Below, one piece after another: positions 49,684 to 59,772 of a DNA stretch of 64,000 nucleotides. A model generated the notes under the pieces. That model had not been told where the DNA came from, searched no databases, and was given only the letters and a program-made list of their open reading frames with translations. Position 1 is the first letter of the stretch. Every line of letters begins with the position of its first letter. The DNA is from a candidate division Zixibacteria bacterium SM23_73_3. GTDB taxonomy: Bacteria > Zixibacteria > MSB-5A5 > SM1-73. The position numbers and the translations under genes are program-made. The stretch spans positions 324-64,323 of the forward strand of contig LJUX01000001.1 in assembly GCA_001304155.1 (NCBI GenBank), read 5' to 3'.

Positions 49684-50859
49684 ATGGAGAAACTTATTTA
49701 CTTAGACAGCGGCGCTACCACCTTCCCGAAGCCCGAGGAAGTCTATGTCGCAATGGATAAGTTCTTTCGTTGCTGCGGAGTCAACCCGGGTCGGTCGGGA
49801 TACGATCTATGTATGGTGGCGGGTTCCATGGTCGAGGAGACCCGCAAGCTTCTTACCAAGTTCTTAAATGGAACCGATCCCAATCGTCTGATCTTTGCCT
49901 CCAATGCCACGGACGCTTTAAATTTGGCGATCTTCGGTTTACTCAAGGAAGGTGATCATGCCATCACCTCCAATATAGACCATAATTCAGTCCTTCGGCC
50001 ACTCTTCCACCTTTACAAGTATGGCGGCGTCGAAGTCGATTTAGTTCCGTTTGACAGTCAGGGATTTGTGGACCCGGAAGAGTTTGCCCGGCGTTTTAAA
50101 AAGAATACTAAACTGGTTGCAATTAATCACTGTTCGAATGTCATTGGGACGGTGCAACCGGTTCAGGAGATCGGCGAGCTCTGCCGGGAACGTGGAATTA
50201 CTCTATTGGTCGATGCTGCCCAGTCGGCCGGCAAGATTCCGATAAATATGGCAAAAATGAATATCGATGTGGTTGCCTTCACCGGTCACAAGTCTCTTAT
50301 GGGACCGATGGGCATCGGCGGGCTGTACGTCCGCGAAGGCGTCGAGATCCGGCATACCCGCGCTGGAGGTACAGGCGTGCGCTCGGCGGTCCGCACTCAT
50401 TTAGATGAATACCCGTACCGGCTGGAGTATGGTACCCCAAATCTACCAGGAATAGCGGGCTTAAATGCCGGTGTCAAATGGGTGCTTAAGGAAGGAATGT
50501 CTACAATTCACGGACGCGAAACAAAGCTACTCGGTATGTTGCGGGATGGGCTCAGGGAAATCGATGGTGTGACGTTATACTGTCAGGAGGATCTTGCCAA
50601 TCATATCGGTGTCCTGGCATTCAATGTGGAAGGGTTGGAGGCAATGGACACCGGTACCATGCTGGATGTCGACTACAGCATAACCTGCCGCACCGGTTTG
50701 CACTGCGCTCCCCGGGTGCATAAACAACTTGGTACTGACAAGATTCATGGGACGGTACGATTCGGCTTGGGCCCCTTCAACACCGCCGAAGATATCGAAG
50801 CCGCCATCAATGCTGTGGGGAAAATAGCGCGGATTCGTCTGAAACAGAAGGCCTGTTGA
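49684..50859 (+). CDS. Class V aminotransferase / cysteine desulfurase family PLP enzyme
   Basis: YLDSGATT start, a PLP-lysine region (FTGHKSL) and class V fold length. Confidence 0.7.
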   Translation: MEKLIYLDSGATTFPKPEEVYVAMDKFFRCCGVNPGRSGYDLCMVAGSMVEETRKLLTKFLNGTDPNRLIFASNATDALNLAIFGLLKEGDHAITSNIDHNSVLRPLFHLYKYGGVEVDLVPFDSQGFVDPEEFARRFKKNTKLVAINHCSNVIGTVQPVQEIGELCRERGITLLVDAAQSAGKIPINMAKMNIDVVAFTGHKSLMGPMGIGGLYVREGVEIRHTRAGGTGVRSAVRTHLDEYPYRLEYGTPNLPGIAGLNAGVKWVLKEGMSTIHGRETKLLGMLRDGLREIDGVTLYCQEDLANHIGVLAFNVEGLEAMDTGTMLDVDYSITCRTGLHCAPRVHKQLGTDKIHGTVRFGLGPFNTAEDIEAAINAVGKIARIRLKQKAC

Positions 50860-50896
50860 CCGGTGATATTGACCTTCCGGCCCGACCTTTCCAGTG

Positions 50897-52246
50897 TCAT
50901 TTCTCCTTTTTCTCAATCACCAGGGCATCGGCGACCACCTCGGATACGGTCTTGATCTCTACTTTAAGGTCATATTCGCGGTTAAGCTCGCTCAACTGGT
51001 CAATACAATTATGACAAGGGGTAACCACAATCTTAGCCCCGGTTTTGCGGATCTGATCCGCCTTGATCCTGCCTGTTTCCAATCGCCTCTTTGCATAGCG
51101 TGTCATTGACAACTGACCGCCACCACCACCACAGCAGTAATTCTTTTCGCGATTGGGAGACATTTCAACGAAGTCGGTGACTGCATTCCTGAGAATAAAG
51201 CGTTGCTCTTCGATGATGCCACCCAGGCGCACTAGGTTACATGGATCGTGAAGTGTCACCCGCTTCTGAATGCGGGAGGGATCCAGCTTAATGTGTCCCT
51301 GGCGAATGTAATCAAAGATGATCTGAATGATACTTTTGACCTGAAACTTGTCCTCGGCAACCAGCCACTCGGGCGCCTCCCAGCGATTGGAATTATAGCC
51401 GTGACCACATTCGCCCAGGATGAGTGTTTTTGCCCCCAGCTCGACCATTGATTCGCGTAAGCGCGATGAAAGCAATCCCGCCGCGCCGTCATCGCCACTG
51501 TAAAGGCCATAGTTGGTAACATCATAGTAGTCGCTGGATACGGTCCAGCTTTCGCTTGCGGCATAGAATATCTTGGCAGTTGCTAAAAGAGATAGCGGGA
51601 AGAACTTCGGTTCGCGCGGATTGACGGTGTAAAGAAGTTTAGTTCCCGGCTTATCGACCGGCAGATGCGCCTTATGATCGCCCACCTCCATCTGCAGTTC
51701 TTCGCTCAACCACTGGAGTGTATCCAGCCACTCCTCCCGGGGAATGCCCATATTGTTCCCTTTCTCCACGGCGGTGGTCACCGTTGATTGCAGGCCAGGT
51801 GGAACCAGATCAATGGAAGCCAGGGTGGTTCTGGCAATACGGATTAGACGTGTTATGTTAATCCCCATGGTGCAGTTCAGCGTGCAACGTCCGCACAGTG
51901 TACAGCGTCCGTAGAGCGAATCGATCCATTTCTCAACCATCTGGCTATCCAATGCACCATCACCTTCACTCCCTCTTGCCAATCCGCCCAGCAAGCTCAA
52001 AAGCTTTCTGAATACCGAGGTAACCAGTTTGAGTTTGTAGGCCGGGATGGCCTCAGTCTCTCCGGTAACCAAGAAATAATGGCAGGAGTCGGCGCAAAGG
52101 CCGCAATTGACGCATGACTGCAGGTTGGCAACTGTCTTGTGGTCAAGCAGCCGCTTGAATGATGCCAGGGCAGATTCCAGTTGCCCTGGTTTCAGCTGTC
52201 GGATGCGCTCCAAGTAAGGATCTTTCGGGTCTTTGTCGGATGCCAT
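50897..52246 (-). CDS. HdrD/DsrK-like iron-sulfur oxidoreductase (two 4Fe-4S ferredoxin motifs plus two CCG domains)
   Basis: CVNCGLCADSC, CTLCGRCTLNC, CCGGGGGQL and PCHNC motifs. Confidence 0.75.
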   Translation of the reverse strand: MASDKDPKDPYLERIRQLKPGQLESALASFKRLLDHKTVANLQSCVNCGLCADSCHYFLVTGETEAIPAYKLKLVTSVFRKLLSLLGGLARGSEGDGALDSQMVEKWIDSLYGRCTLCGRCTLNCTMGINITRLIRIARTTLASIDLVPPGLQSTVTTAVEKGNNMGIPREEWLDTLQWLSEELQMEVGDHKAHLPVDKPGTKLLYTVNPREPKFFPLSLLATAKIFYAASESWTVSSDYYDVTNYGLYSGDDGAAGLLSSRLRESMVELGAKTLILGECGHGYNSNRWEAPEWLVAEDKFQVKSIIQIIFDYIRQGHIKLDPSRIQKRVTLHDPCNLVRLGGIIEEQRFILRNAVTDFVEMSPNREKNYCCGGGGGQLSMTRYAKRRLETGRIKADQIRKTGAKIVVTPCHNCIDQLSELNREYDLKVEIKTVSEVVADALVIEKKEK

Positions 52247-52249
52247 ATG

Positions 52250-52930
52250 CTAAGCTTTCTTTGAGGGATGAGGAAGCACACCTCTCCGGCCAAAGAAGAC
52301 ACCGAAGAGAACCCGGGTATAAAAGTAAAAAACGCAGTGACGAAGCTTTCCGAATGGAATATAAATAAAGGTAATGATAGCTATAACGGGAAACGGAACC
52401 AGCATGGTTTCGGTGAAAGTTGCTGTTAGAGCCAACAGCAGGAGAAGGTCGACAAGAACATTGGCCAGATAATCATCACCGCCGCTGAGGAATCTCATGT
52501 GTGGTTGAAGTATTCTCTTGATAAGCAGCGCTACTCCACTAACTACGCCAATGATCAATAGTATCCGAACTGCCTGCAACAACGTCGCAGGAAGCGAAAT
52601 ACGCAACAGTACCGTTGCCAAAAACAGCATTGCCATCAGTATACCGGCGTGATAAAGGATGCCGCCTGCATATGTCCAGATATGTTGGGCAGCACTTTCT
52701 TTCTCCCAGGGCAGCATGCCCAATCCGAAAGCATACACAATGCCCGCAAAGCTGCTACCCTGAGGATGGGCGTATGTCGGTCTCCGACCGAAGGTGAAAG
52801 TTTGCAAAAGCATCACCGTGAGAACCACGAGGCAAAATAGCACCGAGGCTAACACACCCAGTTTCAGTACCGCAAATAGAGACATTTCGGGAAACCTAAA
52901 CGCAGCCGTCCGGCTTGGGCAGACCGGCAA
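52250..52930 (-). CDS. NarI/DsrM/HdrE-like membrane cytochrome-b-type subunit
   Basis: Five-TM protein with conserved His positions, directly downstream of the HdrD-like gene. True start may be MSLFAV at 52885. Confidence 0.55.
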   Translation of the reverse strand: MPVCPSRTAAFRFPEMSLFAVLKLGVLASVLFCLVVLTVMLLQTFTFGRRPTYAHPQGSSFAGIVYAFGLGMLPWEKESAAQHIWTYAGGILYHAGILMAMLFLATVLLRISLPATLLQAVRILLIIGVVSGVALLIKRILQPHMRFLSGGDDYLANVLVDLLLLLALTATFTETMLVPFPVIAIITFIYIPFGKLRHCVFYFYTRVLFGVFFGRRGVLPHPSKKA

Positions 52931-53213
52931 TCTTGCAAGCCCCCTTGGCAGGACCTGCGGGGAATAGTTCGTAAATGCGGCGCAGAGGCAGGCCGGTGGT
53001 CTTACAAATGGACCGAACCATCGGTGCTAAGTTGGTTTCCAGGTAGTAGTTCCGAATGAATTCAATGACTGCCCAGTGTTCCGGGGTTAACTTATCGATA
53101 CCTTCTGCAGCTTTGGCTAAAACCTCCGCCACCTGCCTATCCCACTGATTGGGATCTATTAGAAACCCCTCTTCGTTAAGCATCAGTTTCTTGCCGCTGA
53201 CATCGAGATGAGA
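52896..53213 (-). CDS. dsrC: DsrC/TusE family protein carrying both C-terminal cysteines (...CKIAGLPKPDGCV)
   Basis: C-terminal arm with the penultimate Cys and a second Cys 11 residues upstream. GGAGGA RBS before the ATG at 53213. Confidence 0.7.
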   Translation of the reverse strand, partial: SHLDVSGKKLMLNEEGFLIDPNQWDRQVAEVLAKAAEGIDKLTPEHWAVIEFIRNYYLETNLAPMVRSICKTTGLPLRRIYELFPAGPAKGACKIAGLPKPDGCV

Positions 53214-53796
53214 CATAGGCCAACTTCCTCCAATTGAATAACCTAAAGCAAAAAGATAATGCAAATCAACCTGTTTTGCAAGGGAATTTGGATCCCATAA
53301 ATCGGAAATCGTCCGCCAATCGCCTCATCATTCCTCTTGACAAGCAGCCGTCTGTTCTGTATACTCGATTGACGCAAGGGTCTCCTTGCTGTCGGTGAAA
53401 AAGGGAGATGAGCGAGAGAAATAAGGTATGCTCGGTTGCGACGTCTGAATCTGTGCAACAAGCTCTCTTACATCTTCTAACTGAACTTTAGGATTGACAT
53501 CCGGAAACGAAGAAAGTTCTAAACTCGTCTCGTGACTCCTCCCGGGCTATGAAAGGAGTAGAAGGGGAGATATAAACGCAACCCAGCACTGGGCGAGTAT
53601 GTTCCAGAGGATTTCTCCATCGATTATCAGAGCTATTTTGATTTTTAGGTTTTTATAGAGTAGGGTATGCAGGGGCGATGCTCTGTCATCACCCAAAGCT
53701 TGGGCGGAAGCGGAGTTCCGCCCCTACAAAAGCCCAGATTGAGCGAATGGGGAGGTCTCCCTACAAAACAATCATCCAGTTCAAAAGGAGAAAGAT

Positions 53797-54987
53797 ATGT
53801 GGTCAACCATACTGTTGATTTTGGTCATTTTTATTCTCATTCTCAGCGTCATAAAGATTTCTGCGGATTTGAAGCAAAAAAGACCCGGTGGTTTCATCCT
53901 AAAGGAAGGAATCATTCTTCTTATTGTCATCATACTCTTAATAATAGTTGACATCAGATTTGTAAAAGAAGGCAAGATTAAGGAAGAAAGCACGGAGATA
54001 AGCGAAGGCGAACAACCGGCTTCAATCGAGGAAGATCGGGAAAGAAGACTTCTATCTCGAATTCAGGATTTCACAGGCGAACTGAATTATACCAAGAAGC
54101 CACAGGTGCGGCTTTTCTTCAGACAAGGACTGGAACACCAAATAAAAGAGGAATATTCCGAAGCCCTGGAGATCTTCAGGCAGGCGTTGGATTTGAAACT
54201 CTCCGACGGGGAAAGACTTGCGTTCTTCATATTGATGGGCAATTCTGAAGTGCATCTCAAAGAGTACGATTCAGCCATAAATTACTATTATCAGGCAGAA
54301 AGGCTGGGTAATGATACGGACAATGACACCGTCCTGGCGGTGGTCTACTCCAATCTGGCCTTAGCTCATCAGCTGGGAGAGGAGCTGGATGGCGCCCTGG
54401 AGAACTACTTCAATTTATTGGAGGTCCTCAGAAGAATGGGGGAGAGACCAGGTGAGAAGAACACGTTGGCGAATATAGGTTTCATATATCAAATGAAGGG
54501 TGAGGTGGACAGCGCCTCGGTTTATCAAAAAAAATCTCTAAAAATACCCGGAACAGACTTAGATATCTTGGCTGAGGCGGCGCAGATGAACAATCTGGCT
54601 TTGACCTATAGATCGAAGGGGAAATTGGACAGTGCCCTGATCTTACATGAACAAGCTTTATTGCTTTTTCAGAAGGCGGGTGACAGAAAGGACGAGGCAA
54701 GCGTTTTAGGAAACATAGGCTTGATCTACCAGGATAAGGGGGATTTAAAAAGCGCCTTAGAATATCACAGCAAAGCCTTTGAGATTGACAGCACCATTGG
54801 CGATTTTTCCGGTCAGGCAATTGATCTTATCAATATCGGATCGGTGTTGGAACAAGGGGAGGATTTTACCAAAGCCAAAGAATTTTATCACCGGGCACTT
54901 TCTCTTTTAGAAAAGATCGACGCCCGAAGGGAGATCGAATTTGTCCGGGGCAACATTCAAAGAGTGGAGAAGAAATTGAAGGAATAA
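53797..54987 (+). CDS. Membrane-anchored TPR repeat protein
   Basis: Two N-terminal TM helices followed by about eight TPR_12-like repeats. Confidence 0.6.
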   Translation: MWSTILLILVIFILILSVIKISADLKQKRPGGFILKEGIILLIVIILLIIVDIRFVKEGKIKEESTEISEGEQPASIEEDRERRLLSRIQDFTGELNYTKKPQVRLFFRQGLEHQIKEEYSEALEIFRQALDLKLSDGERLAFFILMGNSEVHLKEYDSAINYYYQAERLGNDTDNDTVLAVVYSNLALAHQLGEELDGALENYFNLLEVLRRMGERPGEKNTLANIGFIYQMKGEVDSASVYQKKSLKIPGTDLDILAEAAQMNNLALTYRSKGKLDSALILHEQALLLFQKAGDRKDEASVLGNIGLIYQDKGDLKSALEYHSKAFEIDSTIGDFSGQAIDLINIGSVLEQGEDFTKAKEFYHRALSLLEKIDARREIEFVRGNIQRVEKKLKE

Positions 54988-55079
54988 AAACCTCCACATC
55001 ATACCGTCGGGTTGAAAGGGCTGAATCTCAGGACGGGATAAATTCCTCCGCTCGAGTGAATTGATGATCAGTCAGGCAA

Positions 55080-55114
55080 GGGCAGGGGAAAAAGCCCTGC
55101 CCCTGTGATTTTTC
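55080..55114 (+). terminator. Rho-independent terminator (gggcaggg/ccctgccc stem, then tgatttttc)
   Basis: Inverted repeat plus T-run downstream of the TPR gene. Confidence 0.55.
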
Positions 55115-55278
55115 AACTGTCCCACACCTGTAAAAATAACACTTTTCTCCGCAAGATTCACCAAGTATATTTATCAGGACTAATTTAAGAGTGGTACAGG
55201 GTCCAGATGATGATTCATATAACAGACCAAAAAGTCGTCAACTTATGGCCCCTTGATTGCGCGATTTAAGAGAATACG

Positions 55279-56358
55279 ATGAGTTATCACCAGAAGATAT
55301 TGTTAATTCAGCTCCGTCGAATCGGCGACGTGCTTTTGTGCACGCCGGCTTTGCGTGCCCTGAGGGTAAATTTTCCTAAAAGCTACGTCGCTTTCCTTGT
55401 CGAAAAAGAGTCTTCTGATCTTATGGCAAAAAATCCCTATCTGGATGAAGTGATCGTTCTGAAGAGGGGAAAATATCGAAATCCTTTTTACTTCCTCAAA
55501 AAGCTCTGGCAGATCAGGAAGAAGCGGTTTGATCTGGTGATAGACTTTCTGGGGATTCCACGGAGTGCTTATATTTCTTTTCTCTCCGGGGCAAAACGCA
55601 GAATCGGATATGATCTTCCCCTGCGAAGATTTTTTTACAATATAATCGTAAAGAGAGATCGGACGCCCAAATATGCGGCGGCCCACAAACTGGAAGCATT
55701 GAGACCCTTGGGAATAGAAGACCTTGATGTGAAGCTTGATTTTTTCATTTCAGATGAAGCCAAGGCTTTTTCAGAAAGCTTTTTCCTTAAAAACGAAGTT
55801 GATCAGAACAACCTGGTTGTTTCTCTTTCTCCCACCAGCCGCAGGCATTTTCGACGCTGGCCTTTAAAGAGATTTGCTCGACTGGCGGATTGGCTTATTT
55901 TAAATTTCAAAGCCACTGTCGTGTTGGTCTGGGGTCCGGGCGAAAGGGAAGTGGTGGAAGAAGTGAAAAATCTAATGAAAGAAAAACCAATAATTTCCTG
56001 GGAGACAGAAAACCTTTTTCAGCTGGGTGGTATCTTAAGAGGGTGCGATCTTCATATGGGAAACGATAACGGCACCAAGCACATAGCCGTGGCGATGGGA
56101 AAGCCCAACATAACCATCTATGGACCTCAAGATCCTGTAAGCTGGACCTACCCGGATTTCTCCCGACATAAATTTCTGAAAAAAAGGGTGGATTGCCCCG
56201 ACTGTGATAAGATCAAGCATAAATGCACGAAGCTTTCTTGTCTGGACCTGATCTCAGTAGAGGATGTTCAAAAGGTTTTCCTTCAACTTTTGAAGGAACT
56301 TAAGAAAACTACAGAGAAAAGATTTGCGGAAAAGATTGAACATCTTACAGTTGATTAA
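55279..56358 (+). CDS. Glycosyltransferase family 9 (LPS heptosyltransferase-like)
   Basis: ILLIQLRRIGDVLLCTPALRAL GT9 N-terminal signature. Confidence 0.75.
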   Translation: MSYHQKILLIQLRRIGDVLLCTPALRALRVNFPKSYVAFLVEKESSDLMAKNPYLDEVIVLKRGKYRNPFYFLKKLWQIRKKRFDLVIDFLGIPRSAYISFLSGAKRRIGYDLPLRRFFYNIIVKRDRTPKYAAAHKLEALRPLGIEDLDVKLDFFISDEAKAFSESFFLKNEVDQNNLVVSLSPTSRRHFRRWPLKRFARLADWLILNFKATVVLVWGPGEREVVEEVKNLMKEKPIISWETENLFQLGGILRGCDLHMGNDNGTKHIAVAMGKPNITIYGPQDPVSWTYPDFSRHKFLKKRVDCPDCDKIKHKCTKLSCLDLISVEDVQKVFLQLLKELKKTTEKRFAEKIEHLTVD

Positions 56359-57451
56359 CGTGAGGTGGTATAATGCCTGCGCCCACTATGCGGTAAGCTT
56401 ATCCTGTGCCTTAAAAAAAAGAGGGCATAGGGTGATGGTAGCCGGTGATCCTCACAGCCCACCTATTCTGAAAGCCAAGGAACTGGGAATTTCAACCTAT
56501 GGGGACCTTTTCTTAAGCCACACCAGTCCCTGGATGATCGCTTACAACGTCAAAAGGATGGTGGATTTAGTGGAAAAAGAAGGAATCGATATAATCAATG
56601 CCCACCGGGGAGAGAGCCATCTGGTTGCCGCACTTGCTACAAAATTTTTGAAACGTAAAATCCCCCTGATAAGAACCAGAGGGGATGTAAGAACACCCAA
56701 AGCCAATCTTTTTAATCGATACTTTAATGACAAGCTCACCCACAAGATCATCACCACCTGTGGAGTTCTAAAGCGAAGTTATGTGAAAAACCTGACTATA
56801 CCAGAGGAAAAGGTGGTCAACATTGGTGGGGGAGTGGACCATGATTTCTATTCGCCCAGAGAAGGTGACAGAATTTGGAGAGAGAAATTAAGTATCCCAA
56901 AAGGAAGTCTGGTGGTGGGAATCTTAGGAAGGCTTTCCCCGGTGAAAGGGCATAAATACTTCATTCAGTCGGCAGAATACGTTCTAAAGCAGATGCCCCA
57001 CACCATATTTATCATCTGTGGTGAGGATGCGCAGGTGCGTGCAGATGATTTGAAAGAGACGGCACAAAGGATGAATATAAAAGAAAAATTCCGGTTTGTG
57101 GGAAAAGTGAGAGACCCCAGAGAGATCATTTCCCTCTTTGATATAGGGGTGGTCTCATCGGTGGGATCGGAGACCATCTGTCGGGTGGCTTTGGAATACA
57201 TGTCCATGGGAAAACCAACCGTGGGCACCAGTGTTAATGCCATCCCGGAGGTGGTGAGGCACGGTGTTAACGGTTTGGTGGTAGAACCAGAAAATGCAGA
57301 AAAATTAGCTTTTGCCCTTATTGAATTGTTACAGGATGAGCCTAAAAGAAAAAGATTCGGAGAAAAAAGTCGGAGCATGGTGCTGGAAAAATTCACTCTA
57401 AATGTCTTTGCTCAAAAGACGGAAGAGGTGTATTTTAGTCTTTTAAATTAA
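56324..57451 (+). CDS. Glycosyltransferase family 4
   Basis: GT-B C-terminal EX7E-like region GVNGLVVEPENAEKLA. Confidence 0.75.
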   Translation: MRKRLNILQLINVRWYNACAHYAVSLSCALKKRGHRVMVAGDPHSPPILKAKELGISTYGDLFLSHTSPWMIAYNVKRMVDLVEKEGIDIINAHRGESHLVAALATKFLKRKIPLIRTRGDVRTPKANLFNRYFNDKLTHKIITTCGVLKRSYVKNLTIPEEKVVNIGGGVDHDFYSPREGDRIWREKLSIPKGSLVVGILGRLSPVKGHKYFIQSAEYVLKQMPHTIFIICGEDAQVRADDLKETAQRMNIKEKFRFVGKVRDPREIISLFDIGVVSSVGSETICRVALEYMSMGKPTVGTSVNAIPEVVRHGVNGLVVEPENAEKLAFALIELLQDEPKRKRFGEKSRSMVLEKFTLNVFAQKTEEVYFSLLN

Positions 57452-57471
57452 AAATCAACCCTTGTGCTTTC

Positions 57472-58701
57472 ATGATGTCTAAAGAGAGCAGAATAAAAAT
57501 TGCCGAGAAGATCCTCTGGTTCTCCCTTTGTGGTTTTGCCTTCTTCTCCCCCTGGTCCATTGCCGGTGCGCAGACTGCGATCATACTCGGGCTTTTGGCC
57601 TGGCTGGCTAAGATGCTCTCCTCTGGAGAAGTGAATTTTGTTCGCACACCCTTGAATCTGCCCATTTTTCTTTATGTGGTCACTCTGGTAATCTCTGTCA
57701 TATTCTCACCCTTTAGATTCCATAGCCTTCTGGCTTTGAAAGAGGAATGGTTGCTTTTAATTTTTTTCCTGATGGTGAACAATGTCCCAGAAGAGGAAAA
57801 AGTAGAAAAACTTTTAACTACCTTGGTCGCAGTCTCCGCCTTGGTGGGAATTTATGCCATCTGGCAGCATTATTCCGGAATGGACCTGTATCGGAACAGG
57901 TTGCTGGAGCCCAGAGGAGAGGTTTTCATAAGTTTGGGATTTTTTGATCATCATCTCACCTTCGGCGGATATTACATGCTGGTATTTCTTTTGGCATCGG
58001 TCATCTTTCTTAATGCCAAAAGAACGGGTGTTTTTAAAATTCTTTTTTTTCTTGCACCCATCGTATTAGGGCTTTCTCTGGTTTTCAGCTACGCCCGCAG
58101 TGCCTGGCTGGGAGGGGCGATCGGTATTTTAACCCTTGGTTTATTCAAAGGCGGAAAATTTATCCTCTTTTTGATTTTGGGGATATTCCTTCTTTGTTTG
58201 TTGATCTATATGATTGAGCCCACCAGTTGGGACAGAATCAAAGAGGTCGATCTTTCCAAGAATAAGCCCGAGTCGACCAGAATAAGATTGTGGCAGACTT
58301 CGATCAACATGATAAAGGATAAACCCATCTGGGGGATCGGCCTGGGCAATTTTGGCAAACTGTTCGACCGCTATAAGGTGGAAGGGGTCTATGATACCAC
58401 CTGTCATCCCCATAATGATTTTTTGAACGTGGCGGTCAATTCAGGTCTTTTGGGGCTTTTGGCTTACTTAAGCATCTGGGCAGTCTTCCTATATTCCACC
58501 ATCAAATCAATAATTAAAAACAGAAAAAGCGGTTTCGGCTACACAGCACAAATGGGTGGAATAGTTGCCATCATCGGCTTCCTTTTTGCCAGCCTATTTC
58601 AGTGTTATTATACCGATGGGGAAGTGAATATGCTGATCATGTTCATCCTGGGGTTGACCACGGTCTTAAATCTTAAGGCTGAAGGGGAAAATCTTGAGTA
58701 A
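57472..58701 (+). CDS. O-antigen ligase / polymerase family (WaaL-like) polytopic membrane protein
   Basis: About twelve TM helices with a large loop; sits in an LPS core cluster. Confidence 0.6.
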   Translation: MMSKESRIKIAEKILWFSLCGFAFFSPWSIAGAQTAIILGLLAWLAKMLSSGEVNFVRTPLNLPIFLYVVTLVISVIFSPFRFHSLLALKEEWLLLIFFLMVNNVPEEEKVEKLLTTLVAVSALVGIYAIWQHYSGMDLYRNRLLEPRGEVFISLGFFDHHLTFGGYYMLVFLLASVIFLNAKRTGVFKILFFLAPIVLGLSLVFSYARSAWLGGAIGILTLGLFKGGKFILFLILGIFLLCLLIYMIEPTSWDRIKEVDLSKNKPESTRIRLWQTSINMIKDKPIWGIGLGNFGKLFDRYKVEGVYDTTCHPHNDFLNVAVNSGLLGLLAYLSIWAVFLYSTIKSIIKNRKSGFGYTAQMGGIVAIIGFLFASLFQCYYTDGEVNMLIMFILGLTTVLNLKAEGENLE

Positions 58702-58960
58702 GATCTTTTGTGTCATCATTGCACATAATGAACTACGCCTAGGCAAGCCTTTACGGCTTGCCGGCCAAGCCCTGAAGGCTTGGCTACGCGAAAAGATAAC
58801 TGTCTGAAAAAACCAGTAACTTATCTGCCCGTTGCCAAAGAAGTTACTATGAGAACAAAACAATAATACCAAAAAAACAGGATGCTTTTGTCTTAAAACC
58901 AAAGAGGAAAAATCTTGAGTAAGATCTCCTGTATCATCATTACTTATAACGAGTCAAGAA
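58688..58960. repeat. Roughly 45-bp near-duplicate of the GT2 gene 5' end (aaaatcttgagtaagatcttttgtgtcatcatt at 58688 and aaaatcttgagtaagatctcctgtatcatcatt at 58903), bracketing a roughly 210-bp insert with the hairpin ccaagccctgaaggcttgg
   Basis: Direct comparison of the two segments; a related hairpin ccaagccataaaggcttgg is at 14950. Confidence 0.6.
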
Positions 58961-59724
58961 ACATAAGAAGATGCTTAAAAAGCATAAGCTGGACAGACGA
59001 GATTGTGGTGGTAGACGCACATAGCACGGATGATACCAAAAAGATCGTATCTGAGTTTACCGACAAAATCTACGACCTTAAGTGGGAAGGCTTTGGTCCC
59101 GCTAAAGAGTTTGCCAGATCTCAAGCCTCAGGAGAATGGATACTTTCCGTGGATGCAGATGAGGTGGTATCGAAAGAACTACGAGAGGAAATTCAAAGGA
59201 TGATTGAATCTTGTAACTCTTTAGATGGGTATTACATTCCCAGAAGATCGAATTTCTTAGGCAGGTGGATCAGGTACGGTGGATGGTATCCGGACTTTGT
59301 CATGCGACTTTTCAGGAAGGATAGGGGAAACTTCTCCCACCGGCTGGTGCATGAGGAGGTGCGGGTTGACGGGAAATCAGGATGTTTGAAAAATGATCTT
59401 CTCCACTATACTGATCCAAACTTCGATCACTATCTTGAGAAGTTGAACCGGTATACCTCACTGGATGCCCTTCAACTTTACACCCGGGGGAGAAAAGCTA
59501 AGCTTCTGGACATCCTTTTCAGACCACCGATCACCTTTGTCAAGATGTATATTTTTAAAAAAGGATTTTTAGATGGCACTCCGGGACTGATTTTATCCAT
59601 CTCCTCCGCATTCCACGTTTTCTCCAAATACGTGAAGCTCTGGCACTTGAAACAATCCGGCAATAAAAGTGGATCAAAAAAGAACTCAGGAGTTCCAAAA
59701 GACCCTATGTTCCCGGATGGATGA
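58915..59724 (+). CDS. Glycosyltransferase family 2
   Basis: SCIIITYNES...VVDAHSTDDT and DADE motif. Confidence 0.8.
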   Translation: MSKISCIIITYNESRNIRRCLKSISWTDEIVVVDAHSTDDTKKIVSEFTDKIYDLKWEGFGPAKEFARSQASGEWILSVDADEVVSKELREEIQRMIESCNSLDGYYIPRRSNFLGRWIRYGGWYPDFVMRLFRKDRGNFSHRLVHEEVRVDGKSGCLKNDLLHYTDPNFDHYLEKLNRYTSLDALQLYTRGRKAKLLDILFRPPITFVKMYIFKKGFLDGTPGLILSISSAFHVFSKYVKLWHLKQSGNKSGSKKNSGVPKDPMFPDG

Positions 59725-59772
59725 TGTCGTATATTTTAATATAGGGACTAACGATTTTTTGACTGAGAAAAA

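Noticed and set aside
53667-53951. A 94-aa plus-strand ORF in the region upstream of dsrC
   Set aside because: It lies in the divergent promoter region, overlaps the start of the TPR gene, and has no motif.
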